A stretch of DNA of 64,000 bases from Pecten maximus (taxonomy: Eukaryota). Position numbers and translations under genes: made by a program. The DNA lies in contig NC_047028.1 in the NCBI RefSeq assembly GCF_902652985.1, positions 24,924,001 to 24,988,000 of the forward strand. The letters run 5' to 3'. The notes under the pieces were generated by a model, which saw nothing but the letters and a program-made list of their open reading frames with translations, was not told the origin of the DNA and made no database searches. This document shows positions 13,069 to 27,819 of the stretch, in pieces. Positions within the stretch are counted from its first letter, which is position 1. Each line of letters opens with the position of its first letter.

Positions 13069-14808
13069 TTAACACGTGAAAGAGTGGAGTAGTATACATA
13101 AGAACGGTAGAGTTTACTTGTTTTGTCGGCAGTTTGACTTGAAACACGGTAAATCATCCGCATGTTCACTTATATACTTTATTCAGTTCATTACAATAGC
13201 CGTACTCGAGAGTAGAAGTAAAAACAATAACACTGAAATAATTAATGTAGAGAAAACCCCATGTTTTGATACAAAGATAAACTATCTATTTCAAATCAAG
13301 ACACTATGAATAGTACTTAGTTATGGCCATACCCTGCTCTTATCAAATGCTTAATTGAGATTACACACGCATACACACACATACACACATATATATAATT
13401 ATAACAATATAAAAGATAACATTATGTCTTACAAGCAACAAGATGCCTCGCACAATTAATACATACATATCCAATAAGAAATTGTAAAAAAACATTTTAT
13501 ACTGGACACCATGCCCTGTTATACATCTGTCGTGTTCATATACATACAAACAGTTCTATCATGGGAAATTGTTAAACAATTTTATTGCATTTACCCCGAA
13601 TTTACTGCAGCCTTTGGATACTGTACTTTCCTCTAAGGAAGATTTCATAAGTTACCGCAAATTATTCCAATTGCTAGGAAGTACATGTCTACCAGAAACT
13701 CAAGTGTTCATTAAGCCAATTTTCTTCCATGGTTTATAAATTCTATCGCATGAACACATTCTGACAATAACATGATTTTGAATCACATTTTTCATGTTAT
13801 AGAATTTCACTTTATGTCCAGTTGTAAAATAATTTGTAGTTTTCACACAATAAACCTGATTAAACCGTACAGATACACGTAATTACGGTAGGTGTTATCT
13901 CCCTTTCCTAATGAATCAGCTACATATACGTCACCGTTACACAACAGTCTAGCACGCATCAAACATGAATAACATAATTGTTGTCATTACTCTTGATCAA
14001 TCTCATTCAATGTGCTCAAAGGGCCTGTATCCACCACCTGGGTATTGCGGCAATCATGGTTATACATGGTAAGTATTTATTACCGTCTCGGGATCTACCT
14101 TTAATTTATTTTGCATTCTCACATTCAAAGTCGCTCCCCGATAAACGCAATTAAAAATCAAATTTAACATCAAATATTTATTTTCACAGAACGCGGGCGA
14201 TTAATGAATTATACTTTGGTGGTGTATATTTATTTATGTATGTATTTTTGGAATGACAGCACGTTTTTGCGTCAATATCTCTCGAACCAAGGGAGATCAA
14301 ACCTCCTCTGATTATATACAAAATATATTATTCCTATTTACCAAATGATGATATAAACCAAAATTAATCAAGATCCAAGTACATGAACAATTATTATATA
14401 TAGTATTTTTCTGATAAAACTCCTCTAGGCAAAGGTAAAATTCCACCATTAGTTATAATATCGTTGTAACCAATTGAGTAAAAAATGAGGTAGCTTCATG
14501 ATAAACAAATGCTATTTAGGACATATAAACACATTGTCAAAATAGTTTCACATTTTGCGATAGAAGAGTAATGCTTCTCGGGTACATGTGTTACATTTTT
14601 AACAAGGTGCAATGATGATTTAATGTAGGTATGACAAGTTTTTTTAATTGGCGGCGAATATAGCTGCCAGTAAACCAAAGGAATCGCTGATGCATTCCAC
14701 AAGGATATTGGATGAGTATGGAGGACGGACATCGTGTCATGACATAAGCATAGTGGTCCTTTGGACCACGTGAGCTTAAAGCAATCAGAATATAAAATCT
14801 TGTGTTCA

Positions 14809-17800
14809 TTAAATGGCAGTAGAAGTTGTTTCTTTTTTAACGTAAGCCTTATCAAACAGTATTAATAAGATGGCCGATGCTAATGACGTTGCACCCATGA
14901 AGTGGAATGTGGCGTGGTATTCGCTGGTACAGTCTCGGAGATAACCTGAAATGAAACATACACATATGTAAATTGGATAACACATATCGGGACATGCTTT
15001 TAAATTGTATGAAAAAAGCAAATCAGGTGATCAAAATGTAGATAACCCGTAAACAAATTAATCTACCAGTACCAGGCAGCTGCCCAACGTGGATTTCGAT
15101 CTTAGCGTAACAATATGGATACGGTAGTCATATTCTCACTTGAAGAATGACTCTTGTATCAGTTTATACCAGAATCTCAAAGAGAAGCACTACCAGAAAG
15201 GAAACTAAAGCTGAGAGAGTACGTTATACTAGCATTTTAAGAAACTGTATAGCGGAAAGCTATCAAAGCTAATCTATTAGGGTGAAAAGTGAAATAAAAC
15301 AAATGTTGTCGTCTCCTATAATCGTGTAGTGAGACAAAGGTATTTGACCATATTTTTGTACATATAAAAACAACAATTAGCTATGTTTGGCTGTCTTGTA
15401 TATTCCATAGTCTTTATTATACTGATAAAATGTGGAACATCTTCTTACCTAATATTGGAATTATTCCAGAAACGAAAGATCCTTTTATTAATATCATGAC
15501 GGCCATACCAGCAGGAAACATGTCTCGACCAATGGCAGTTGATAGAATTGGTGGAAACAATACAAATATGATACCCGCGGTAAGTCCATAGCCAGTTGAG
15601 AAAAGGGCAAGTGACCAATAGGTTTTAAACAATGGGGTCATCTGCATTATTATACCGGCTATCATCTGGGTAACCATTACGATTTGCTGTCGTCTAATCC
15701 ATGGGAGATCTGCTATATAGCCATTGAAGACACGACCTTAAACACAAAATTATAAGTGTCATTATGCTAATGCGTGATAAAAGTTATGTCCATTGATATA
15801 AAATAAGTAAGTAATAGTTAACCCATGCAGGTTCAGCGGTCGATAATTCCGTAAATGAATAATAGATGGAAATAAGAGGCGAAGGACTATATGAAGATGA
15901 ATATACCCTGTATTGTTGTAAGTTTTTTTTTAAAGATATTCATTACAAATCTTCAACTGGGTTAACTATATTTTGTTCGTATCCTGGTATTACTGATTTT
16001 AGAATTATGGTTTTGTTTATGATTATGTTGATATTCTCTGTTGTTATATGATTAAATAGTAGGGTTTTCAGTATTTCGGTACTTTAATTTTGTGTTAAAA
16101 GTTTCAAATAGTAGGACTTTCAGTACTTTGATTTTTTTGTCATAAAGATAGTAGGACTTCAGCTATGTTCAGTTCAGTTATGTTTTTATCAACTCTCCTA
16201 CCAAGGAGATAAGAATAGAGAAGAATAACGTCTAGATAATTTGTGTCATTGACAATGGTACAATATGTCTTCCTATCTCATACTGATACATCACAAGATG
16301 ATCCATTTTGTGCTAGTATACAATATCATGTACCATTCCTTTTGACCTTAAATGGATATTGATCGAAAATATAGCTTGGTGATGTGAAAAAGAGTTATCA
16401 CCAAAATAGATATAGGAAAAGTTCAGTTTTACTCACCGACGAAATCACACATACACTGAATGGAGACAAGAATTGCTATCTTAGAGTTTGACACTCCCCT
16501 GTCCTTCGCGAAAGAAGGTGTAAAGAGATGAGACGTTTCTGGTCCAACACTTGATAAACAATATATTGGAATAAGTATCAGAAACTGTTTATTTTTCCAC
16601 AATTTCGGGCTGAACATTTGCCAGGATTTACATTCGTTAAACAAACGTTTCATCCAACACGACAAGGAAGAAGATTTTGACGAATCATTATCTTTCGGTG
16701 CATTCCTTACTATCTCTTGCGATAGATTTGTAAATTCTCCTATACTGAAGTATTTATTAATACGCCCTGAATACACAGTATTACACTGTACTGCTAATGT
16801 TTCAATATGGCTCTCACTGTTATTTTTCTCTTTTGTTGATACACGATTTGGTATGAATTTAGGCGAAGAGAGATTAGGAGCCGAAGCACTTGCGTTGGTT
16901 GCATCTTGATTATATCCTGAAAGCAGGGCCAACGATTGATACGTCGGGTGAGAGTCATTAAATGCTGTAGAAATGCCATTAATTGTATCTGATTTTACAC
17001 AAATGTTTGGTGGTATTGTAGTGCTTTCTTGTGTAGATTGCTTAAATTCATTCACAACAAAACTCCCTTCCTTCGGTCGTCTGTTTGTTGTCGCTTGTGT
17101 CTTTTTATAAAAATCCATCGATCGTAGTAAGCAGGCTGGCGGGAGACAGTTCAGTATGATCCCTGCTGTCAGTAGCAAAGCCCCCTCCAGTCTGTACTCA
17201 TCTAGAATATATCGTACAAGGGGCGGTAACGCGACGCCCCCAAGAGCATACCCTGACATCAGGACGCCATTAGCTAACCCAATACGTCCCTGAAAATATT
17301 TACCGACCAAGACGATGGCTGTTGGGTACACTAGCGCCATTCCTAATCCTGAAACAAGTAAAAAGGAATTACTTGTAATTTGCAGTTGTACATGTCACGA
17401 ATGACGGACGTTTTTAAAGGAATATCTCTCTAAAATACATATTAGGCACGATAAAAAAACCGCCCCACATATCATATCACATTATATCGAAAATGAATGT
17501 GAACTGGTCTTTACCATTAGAATATCACAGAAAACGTAAAAGGACTCTAACCCAAGTTAAGATGTAGCAACTGTGAATTGGGCAGTAATGAAATGAACAT
17601 GCATATAAGATGAAGATATTTACGACTACTTGTGACTTCGTCAGGAGAAATAAAACTTCTTATATAACAGGGTGTCAGTATAGTAATACACGTAATAATA
17701 AGATGATCCAATTTCCAATTAGGGTTTCCTTACTATCAAGAATGTGTATTGCTGTAGCATATTAGATGATATTGTAGCTTACCACTGAGAATGCTCTGTG

Positions 17801-20638
17801 TGAGGATAAGAAGTTCCAAGCTGTGGACCAGAGAGCTCAGACCGAATCCCGCAACCGTAACCAGGATACCTGCTATCTGGCATGTCCTGATACTGCAATG
17901 ACGCAGCAGTGACGTCATGATAGGAACAGCTTGAAAAGACAATCAGGTAGTTACCAAGATTTCGGGAAAATGCGCATACTCAAGTAATACAATACTTTTA
18001 AATGTTTATGCTCCCCCTAAAAATGTTCATACAACGTTCGCTGCTTTGTCCGACCGTCCGTCCGTCAATTCGCCCGAATTGTTTTCTTAGACCATAACTT
18101 CTGAATAATTTAATTGATTGTACATTAAATACAGATGGGAGTTAATGAAATTACATAGATAAATCTAAGCTTACAGATTGGCGTGTTGCGTACAGCTTTT
18201 ATATGTCTAAGGTGAAGGTCCTGATTGTGTTTAAAGGTCAAGATTCATATCGGACCATACGTTACTACATGGAACTGAATATAGATGAATAAAATTGTAT
18301 AGGAGTATCTAGAATCGCGTTAGGATAGTGTAACGTAATTGATATCCTTTGCCTCATATAGAGGTCACGGGATCAAATCCCAGTGGGGAACGTTTTTTTT
18401 CATTATTGAGGAAATGAAAGGCATGTATTCAAGTTTAAACTTACTCGCAACATAAAAAATACCTAAGCGGATGCTTGTCTCAGCGATGAACAAAAGTTGT
18501 GGAAAACCTGAAGAGAAACTAAGCCAATCAGAATGGGCCTAAAATTCCCTCCCTATTACCTTTGGAATTTCGAAAGCATTATCACACCAAAACTTTCTGG
18601 GATCTGATAAATGGTGTCGAAATGGTTTGGTTTTTGATTTCCATTTTTTCATAACCAAATCAACATATATGGTCATTTTAAGACTGCCTCCCATGTGTGT
18701 CGAGATACTCAACCTAAGGCGAAAAGCGAGGCAGTGTCAAGAGATATATAACGAAGAAGGAAGAAGAAAAGGAAGAAGAGAACAGATAAGGTTTCAAATT
18801 TAGTCGTCTCTTCCGAATCATGAAATGGGACCGGAGATATACATCCTACGTACCTACAGGCCAGTTATCCAGATGATATTCTTGTATATCCCTAAGCACA
18901 ACCCGGTAGAACTTTGTCAAAATAATGTCGTCGAATGGGTCACCATTCTTCCATATTCCAATTAGGTCTCTTTAAGAGGCACTTAACAGTTTTCTCGAAT
19001 GGCCCGCATCATTTATAGACACTGGCTCCCTACGGCCTTAACCTGTTTTCCGTATAATGTGACCAGTTTGAGTGTCATATAACCACCTCAATTTGTGGTA
19101 TAATCTGTCGATGACCTTGACATTCGTGTTCATCCTCTTTATATAACCTTAGTTGTTACGTGGACGCAACATGACAAAATAATATTCTTGGTTATCACTT
19201 TTTTAAAACATACAAACAAGCATACGTACTTGTGACACAATAGACTGCAAATTGTAGTGAGGATATCAAAGACGTAGTGGACACATTTCCGTCATAAACC
19301 TCCAGGATTTCCACGTAGAATATCCCGAAACTTTTAAAAAGTCCGGCGTACAGCGTGGTGATAAGTGTAGAGGCTGCGTGTAACAAATATAAAATATATA
19401 GTTAACATGTGTTTGTATTCTTTATACAATACCACCTCATACTCATAGCTCTAATTGATTTTATATATGTTATACGTGATTAAAAAGATAAAAGACTATT
19501 CCTTTGTTTGAAGCATGTTTTTTTAGAGACGGCCGCCATCTTGGAAACTCGCTTTTCATTCATTTCCGTTCTATCATATAAAAGAATGCCTATTTGGTAC
19601 AACTGGTACGGACCTGATAAAAAACCGAACGATATCTTTCATGTAAACAATGTAGAATCATAACCCTTTGAGTATTTGATCGCTCCTACCTCATCATACC
19701 TTGCAGCGTCGCCAGTCATGTTCCCTATATACATTTGTATCACGATGCTATCATTTTCATCACAGTTATCAACCATATTACTTCGACCATATTACTTTCT
19801 TAACAGCCAAACGCAATTGATAAAAAAACATGTCACCTTTACCAAAGTCATAACCATTCTATCACACCACTCTATCGAGGCGCCTCCTTCACAGAAAGAG
19901 TAACGTCAACCCCCACACCTGTCGCTTTCATCAACGTCATTGGCTATTTATAGAAATACCCTATCACGTTCTTAATAGACAGTTTATCCCGCAACCCCCC
20001 AAAACATCATCGTCTAAAAATAGCTATCACCGAATCGCCGCACTGCCTTCTCACTCCTATAGTTTTCCCAAATACCAACCTTTATATAGATAAGATAAAC
20101 GTTCATTTTCGAGTATATTATAATCATTGCAAAGTCATTTGTTTAATAGATATTAGAATTGTAGTAGTTCCATGAATAAATATGTTTGCTCGTTATATTT
20201 TTGATATTTGATTTTCTTCCGAGTTTCGATTGAACATGATTGCTTATGGATTACTTTTAAAGTATGAAAAGAAAAAAATCCCTTCTAATTGAAAATCATT
20301 TGCCTGCAATGCTTTTCATCTTTAATAACAAAATCGTAAGATGATAGGTTTATTTCATAACTTTTGCGTCATAATATATGCAATAATTCCTATTAATACT
20401 ATTAGCGCATGGTGAGGAGGTTACATCAAATTGCGAAGCTCCCAATTTAAAGAGATGGATAGAGATGTGACAGTTGAAGCCAACCTCAAATTTGAATAAA
20501 TGTTTCGTTATAAAACTACATACCTACTAGGACGACCCAAGCCCATCCTCGGTCAACCGGAAGTTCGTAGATAATATCGTCTTCAGTGTCGTCTGGTGTA
20601 GGTGGCGCCCCCATGTTGTCAGGATCAGTGTCCGTCAT
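14809..20638 (-). CDS. SLC16/monocarboxylate transporter-like paralog C, complete, ~580 aa (exons 20638-20524, 19373-19230, 17929-17783, 17348-16437, 15736-15449, 14945-14809)
   Basis: All junctions are GT-AG and phase-consistent (sum 1743 nt). Motifs: PVDRGWAWVVLV, FKSFGIFY, KYFQGRIGLANG, CDFVG/RVFNG and GYLRDCTSEYHATF. An acceptor near 20688 implies an upstream non-coding exon. Confidence 0.93.
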
Positions 20639-23600
20639 ATTGATGGTAGTGGACCAGTGGGAAACTGTGGTCCCTGTGTGTTATCACCTGAATATAATGA
20701 AAAAGTACAGTAAGAGATATTGTCCAGTGTCATTCGACTAAGTTGGTGTATCGCTACAGTATTAAGGTAAATCATCTAAACGCGATAGCATTATTAAAGC
20801 ATCCTTCAGTGGTCAGTGGAATAAACGTCCTCACAAAGGTCATTTGGTGGCGATAATTCTAGATTCAATCTGTTAACACCGTCATCACATGACCTTTGCG
20901 AGAACGCAATAAGAAAAACCCCTTATCCTGTCAGTTACAACCCGGCCATCTTATTGATAAGCATTGACGCTATTCACTGTGCCACATGAGGCAAAATATT
21001 TAATTGTCCATGAGATGGTTTCATCCTTATCCTCCTACCAATCAATAAATTCTGATAAAAGTTTATCACCTATTCAGCGAAAGCATAAATCTTTAATATT
21101 ACCTGTCTAAGAAAGTGTGTGTCTTTTTTGTAATGACGGTATGATAATAAAACTCTATTGCATAATACACAAACATGTACAAAGCCTGGTGTATATCATA
21201 GAATTAATAAAACACATACAATATACATGTATCTGCTATGCTTTCGAGCTTGCCAATATCAATATAGAATCCAAACAATTAGAATAACCCAGGTCCAAAC
21301 AATACAAGAAGTAGACGATTTCCGTACGAAATAAACCAAATAGAATTTAAAAGGTTGAACGAACTGACCGTAAAACAGAAACTTATGTCAAACGTCAATC
21401 TGTTTGAAGCATCTAATCATAGAAAGGCTGACCTTGGCATCCTGAAGAATATCCTCCATACTCTAGGTGTAACGTTCACTTACGTTCTCTGCATTCCTCG
21501 ACTATGAAGGCTCACTCTCAGCTTAAATGTCAATCAAAATAAAAAGACTCATTTGATCCATTAATGTTCAACAAACGAATCTCGGGATTGCCATGCCGTT
21601 AAAAAGACTGACATGGAATTTGAGGTCCTTTGTAACCAAATAAACGCAACGCCATTGCGATGTTTAAGGGGTTATACTAACACAAGCCTAATAGCTAGAT
21701 GTGTGCCTTCAATTTCAATTGATACATAGAGCGAATGTGATCGTAGTCTATAGAGTATAGAGGATGCACAGTGAAATACGTAGCCAATTGACCATCAATA
21801 CTAACAAAGACAAAAACAAACAAATGATACTGAAATCACAACGAGAACATGAATCTAAAACGAGGGGGAAATATGAACGAAAATATAGATTTGTATGTCA
21901 ACCAAGACAACGGACCAAGTGTTCCTAAAACGTAAGCGTCTTCAACTTCATCGACAACTCGCCATGCATGTCTAGGTCAATTGCGGGTTAAGTCACATTC
22001 TCACATCGAGAACTAGGGTGGTGACAATGGCATGTCAACGAGCATCGAGCACCTGCTTTCATGTTTCACATTACAGTATAGCATTTCCAATTGAGATCAT
22101 GATGTTGCTCATAAAACTTCGTCACAGTAATCATCAACTTGAGTCTCTCGAAACATTGTCTTGTTAGTTTCTCCGCCAGTAACCGATATCTGTCATAGAA
22201 ATCATGAAAATAGGAACTATCCATAGATTAGATTCCCGACAATACTGCCTTCCGTATGAACTGAAACTCCTAAATGTACTGTATACTTTCATTTCAAAGA
22301 AATAATATGTTTGTTTGTCTGTAGTCTGAGTGTTCATACAGTATACTGTTTAGTTGATAATATTCGTGGGGGTTTAATTTTGTTATATTGTAGGTCATTA
22401 TATATAACGCGAAAATAAATTTACAACGAAAATGTGTTTATGCATACTCATGCGTAAAGAAATTTTCAATGCAGAATATTTGCAAGGCAGTTTTGCAAGA
22501 AATGCCCGCGAACTAGTTCCGTTCAGGACAACCGTGAGTATAAGTCTCGTGAAAAACAATTATGCAGTCATACATTATGTCCTCTTAGTATAAACCATGC
22601 AGGGTCAGAGTACATACAATTGTCAGTGCCTGAATCGCAATAAGCGACCTAATGTGGAATCGCCATTTCCTCATTTCTTTCTTAATATTGTTTTTTCTTA
22701 ATCTTCTCCGTGACAGAGCCACGAATTTTGACCATTAGCCGAGCGTACTCCCTGCTTGGAAGGTTACTGGCTCAACTGGTAGTTGCAGATATCTAATTGA
22801 GGTTTAGCAGACTTGTTAGACTACTGTCGGTATAATTTGACAGGTAGGGTGCCACGGAAGCGAAGTTGGGTGCCACGCCGCCGCGTCCAGGATAGGCTGT
22901 CAGTATGATTGTGACAAGAGGCCAATGGCCTCGTAGGTCACAGGCAAATTGATTTCTATCATTGGAGAAGGTATCACATTTTCATATGTTCATAATGCAA
23001 ATAATGCGTGCCATAAAGTGCACAACAACTTTAAAAATGCATTTTGTAGACTTACCCAAATGGAGTGATTGAGCACTATATAAATGCTTGTTAGATGCAG
23101 CTAATCTGGTAAGGAGGAGGTAACATGTCCTGCCAGGCTTTCCCGTTACATCTTGTATTATTCATGTAACCACACGTGCATGTTTATGTGTATTAAAAAA
23201 AAAATCAGACCTTAGCCATGCTATGTATTGTCACGTAATATCATCCTGTATTAATCTTCTTATTACATGCTCAATTTTATATTACATCATAGCAAGGAAA
23301 ATCGAAGCAGACAACAGATAGTCTATCTGTCCTACAAAATTGCGTGCCTTACTCTGTCCAGTAAAAACCAACAGAAAACTGACCAAATGATACATGTCGA
23401 TCCGTATAAAAATCTAGACAGCGCAAACATGAAAAATTCATGAAAGAACCGACTTTGTAAATAAATAACACAATTCTCTTGTAGTGGGGGTGTTGTTATA
23501 TTCATAAACTGACAATTACCACCTAGCAATATAAAATGTATTTGTCAGCAGGAAACCCCCCCCCCCCCCCCCCCCCCCATCTCTCTCTCTCTCTCCGACT

Positions 23601-24067
23601 CAGTGCAAAAGATGTTATAGCATCTTGCCAGAAGGGTCATTTTGAGCGTTACAAAATAACCTCCGAACCCACCCGCCCCCATTCAAAAGTACATACAATG
23701 TAGATATGTATATGCGCATATTTCTTAGCAATGAATACATTGATGAATAGCTTATAAAATACATCCCGCTTCAGGGATTACAATAAATATAAAAATAGAT
23801 TGCCCTATGTTGACAGAATCTGTCTAAACACTAAATGATCCCACGATCGTCTCGGTACGCGAGGTTTTGCTTTTTCGGTTAATTTAAGCAAAAAGATCTC
23901 GCGATCAACCCTTATGAAGTTCATGATTATTGAATAAATAGTATGGAAGTTTATAAATACATATATTGTGTACAGTGTGTGTATGTTATCAGGTTAGCGG
24001 CGTGTCCATCAACATCTGAGTAAATGGTCTATGTCAAGTATGTACAACAACTTCAAAAAGTAAGATG

Positions 24068-24992
24068 TGTACAACAACTTCATAGAGTAATTTGTCACGT
24101 ACACTTTGTCAAGTTAATGTGTATAACAATTTCATAGAGTAATTTGTCACGTACACTTTGTCAAGTTCATGTGTATAACAATTTCATAGAGTAATTTGTC
24201 ACGTACACTTTGTCAAGTTCATGTGTATAACAATTTTATAGAGTAATTTGTCACGTACACTTTGTCAAGTTAATGTGTACAACAATTTCATAGAGTAATT
24301 TGTCACGTACACTTTGTCAAGTTAATGTGTTTAACAACTTTATAGAGTAATTTGTCACGTACACTTTGTCAAGTTAATGTGTACAACAACTTCATAGAGT
24401 AATTTGTCACGTACACTTTGTCAAGTTAATGTGTATAACAACTTCATAGAGTAATTTGTCACGTACACTTTGTCAAGTTCATGTGTATAACAATTTCATA
24501 GAGTAATTTGTCACGTACACTTTGTCAAGTTAATGTGTACAACAATTTCATAGAGTAATTTGTCACGTACACTTTGTCAAGTTAATGTGTTTAACTTCAT
24601 AGAGTAATTTGTCACGTACACTTTGTCAAGTTAATGTGTATAACGATTTCATAGAGTAATTTGTCACGTACACTTTGTCAAGTTAATGTGTACAACAACT
24701 TCATAGAGTAATTTGTCACGTACACTTTGTCAAGTTAATGTGTTTAACAATTCCATAGAGTAATTTGTCACGTACACTTTGTCAAGTTAATGTGTACAAC
24801 AACTTCATAGAGTAATTTGTCACGTACACTTTGTCAAGTTTATGTGTATAACAACTTCAGAGAGTAATTTGTCACGTACACTTTGTCAAGTTAATGTGTA
24901 TTACAACTTCATAGAGTAATTTGTCACGTACACTTTGTCAAGTTAATGTGTATTACAACTTCATAGAGTAGGTTATCGTGTACACTTTGTCA
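24068..24992 (+). repeat. 52-bp tandem minisatellite, ~17-18 copies
   Basis: Unit CATAGAGTAATTTGTCACGTACACTTTGTCAAGTTAATGTGTATAACAATTT, highly homogeneous. Confidence 0.95.
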
Positions 24993-25911
24993 ATTGATAT
25001 AAAAATCTCTCTTTCCTTTTAAAGAGCTATTGATCTAAAGTGTCCAAATGTAATAATTTATTATAGTACTTACCTCTAGTTCTGGCGTTGTATATTAAAG
25101 AGATCCCACAATATATAAGTATCATCGACCTTGACAAAATAAAGTTTCAGCGGCACATATATGATATGAAAGTCGTCGCCATCAGATATACATATCAACG
25201 TATCATTTATATACATGTATGCTTGAGACACAACCTTTCCATTGACCTTTGACCTTGGTTATCATTATTTCCACACAGCAATATGATCCTATCCTCTAGA
25301 TTAGAAGAAAATAAATACTGTCAGTGTTGCTTATTTTGATTGTTCAAAGACCTCAAACAGTTGGAGCGAACGGGAATAACTTTCGGGGATGTTATGAAAC
25401 GGACTATATTTTCAATACAGTTAAGCTGGGTTTGAAACGAATTATTATGGAGCAAGGGAAATGTTTGTTTTTTTCTCTCCAAAATAAGATCTGGTAGAGC
25501 GGAATTCGGAGATATTAAACTTCGTAAACAGCAGAAATTATGTTTGTGTTAGGTAAGTTTGGCTGTATTGATTTCATTTCAGCTGTATATATTGTTGGAA
25601 TATTCCTTTTATCCGCGAAAATGCGAATGAAATAGGGATCCTTTAAGATAACTTTTGACTGGTAATAATCATGCCGTTAACTGCTGAACTGTTTCATGAT
25701 CGAACGCTCACATCAAACACTTTTAAGTCGAGCTTTCTAGCTCTATAGTTTTACCCACACCATAACTAAATTTCACATTATATCCCAGCTCAATACACGT
25801 TGGCCTGTTTAACCAACAAACCAATCAAACATTGTAAATGTGAATATTAAATGTAAACACTATTTTTTCACAACAATCCCCCCCCCCCCCCCCCTTTCAA
25901 CTCTAAATTAA

Positions 25912-26082
25912 TCGTTTAAGCGTGCCTTGGATCTGTCTGTTGGAGGAATCCGAAGCACCCAAAGAAAACCCATATGATCTGGTAGGTGACCCCATCTCCA
26001 TTTTCACTCCCGATCGTCGAATCGAACTCCAGTCGTCTAGGTGTAAGGCAAGTGTGTTACCGCTGTGTCCATCCGACCACCC
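25912..26082 (-). mobile_element. tRNA-derived SINE (V/Meta-type domain), degenerate
   Basis: Minus strand: GGTCGGATGGACACAGCGG head, GAGTTCGATTC B box, GGGTTTTCTTTGGGTGCTTCGGATTCCTCC domain. Confidence 0.6.
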
Positions 26083-27218
26083 TATCGCAATTAGGTCGTA
26101 AAACAACGCCGACTCAAACCTTACTCAATCAATCGCATTGATTCCTTCTAACTTGGAAGGTGTATCTTAAAGTTTCCCCGTGTCACTCCAGGACATGACG
26201 GGGGATTCCATAGTCATAATATTGTACGTATGACGTCACGGCAATTTCAAACCAGACAATGTACAACTCATCGAGTTGACCTCTTGACCCACACTGCCAA
26301 AGGAGCGAATGTTCTATCAATCTCCACAGGAGGTCATTTTGAGCGTTACGAAATTAGACATTGTATATAAAATGCATTACTCATAATGGGAGTGAAAACA
26401 ATATAAAACAGAGTGTCGTGTCTGTATTAATTAAGTAGACACACACTAAATGATCACACGATCGACTCGGTACGCGGGGTTTTTGTTTTTCTTAAGAGCT
26501 GCCTGTAAAGTGCACAAATGTATTATTTAATTATTTTTGTATTAGAGTCTGTACATGCATTAAAGTGTATTCAAATTGTGGTTTCTACATATAAAACACT
26601 TCCGAAGGCTCTAGATGGCGCTGCCGGTGTGTCAATGACATCAACAATAAACAAGTTAGTTCGAAGAGAAAATCATTTCAGTAATATGACCCGACGTTGA
26701 ATGTTAGAGAGGCCGCATGTCAAGATCGGCAGACTCTAAAAATGCCATTTCAATATCAATATACTCCCCGACACTCAGTTCAGTGAAAGCCTTCATGTTT
26801 CCATTAATATGTTCCGGGTCAGCCCGGCTAACTTTGAAAATCTTTAAGGAATCGACTAATGGATTCATGAAATCAATATATAGATTGCAGACGACAAAAC
26901 TCCTATTTCGCACTTTTATTTTTAAGCTTATTTTTATTTTCCCTAGAGCCGGAATTGTTTATAACTATTTTGAATATGCTTTCTTATAATTCATGTTCCA
27001 AGCGCTAGTGATTTAAGGCAAGAATTACAATGGTCTCTGGTATTCTTACGCGAGCCTAATCACCACGCGTAAACACCAATACTTATAAATACATTCAATT
27101 TGGTTAGCTTCATCCAAAGACAATGTATAGCAAGTGTTAATATTTAAAAGTATATTGGCTTTTCTTAAAGGATATAATGATATCAAAATTTGTCTGTAAA
27201 ACATTGGTAAACATGTAT

Positions 27219-27354
27219 CTAGCAAGCCTTTCCTCTGGCCCTGACACCCTGCTTGAACATTTTGACACAAGATGTTGGTGTAAGCTCTTATACCATATAA
27301 TTATCTGTTAGAATGTTCCAGTCTGGTGTTAGGGCCAAATGAAACTCCGGCTAT
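27219..27354. mobile_element. Short inverted-repeat element, same family as 43148-43215
   Basis: TTTCCTCTGGCCCTGACACC ... GGTGTTAGGGCCAAATGAAACTCCGGCTA arms. Confidence 0.5.
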
Positions 27355-27819
27355 CACGGATCTTGCAAAACCTTCATCAAGTTAATAAAGTACATAAATG
27401 ATTTTTGTTGAATACTTGAGTACGAACCTTTAGCTGTGGTACACCAAGGAGTTCATCACCCACTTAATTCCGGCCTTTATCATGCACTGAACAGTTTTAA
27501 CCTTACGTATAGCTTGATATGAAGGTTGTTGCCCTAAGATATCAATATCAAGGTATCCACAGTGCACATGTCTGTTCAGAAATTTAAATATGTCATGCTG
27601 TAGACACATTTTCATTGACAGTTGACCTAGGTTTTATCATTGTTTTCACACAGCAGTATGATTCTATCCTTCAGGTTACAGGAAAGAGATACTATCGAGG
27701 TTGCTTATAAGCGAACAGGAGTAGCTTTAGTGGATATTGGGTATAAGTTCAGCCAACACGAGTGTACACTTTGTCAAGTTTTTATGTATAGCGACATCAG
27801 AGAGAAGTTGTGTAGGGTT

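Noticed and set aside
14496-14855. 119-aa minus-strand ORF overlapping the end of paralog C
   Set aside because: Falls in the 3' UTR in a different frame, with no recognisable domain.
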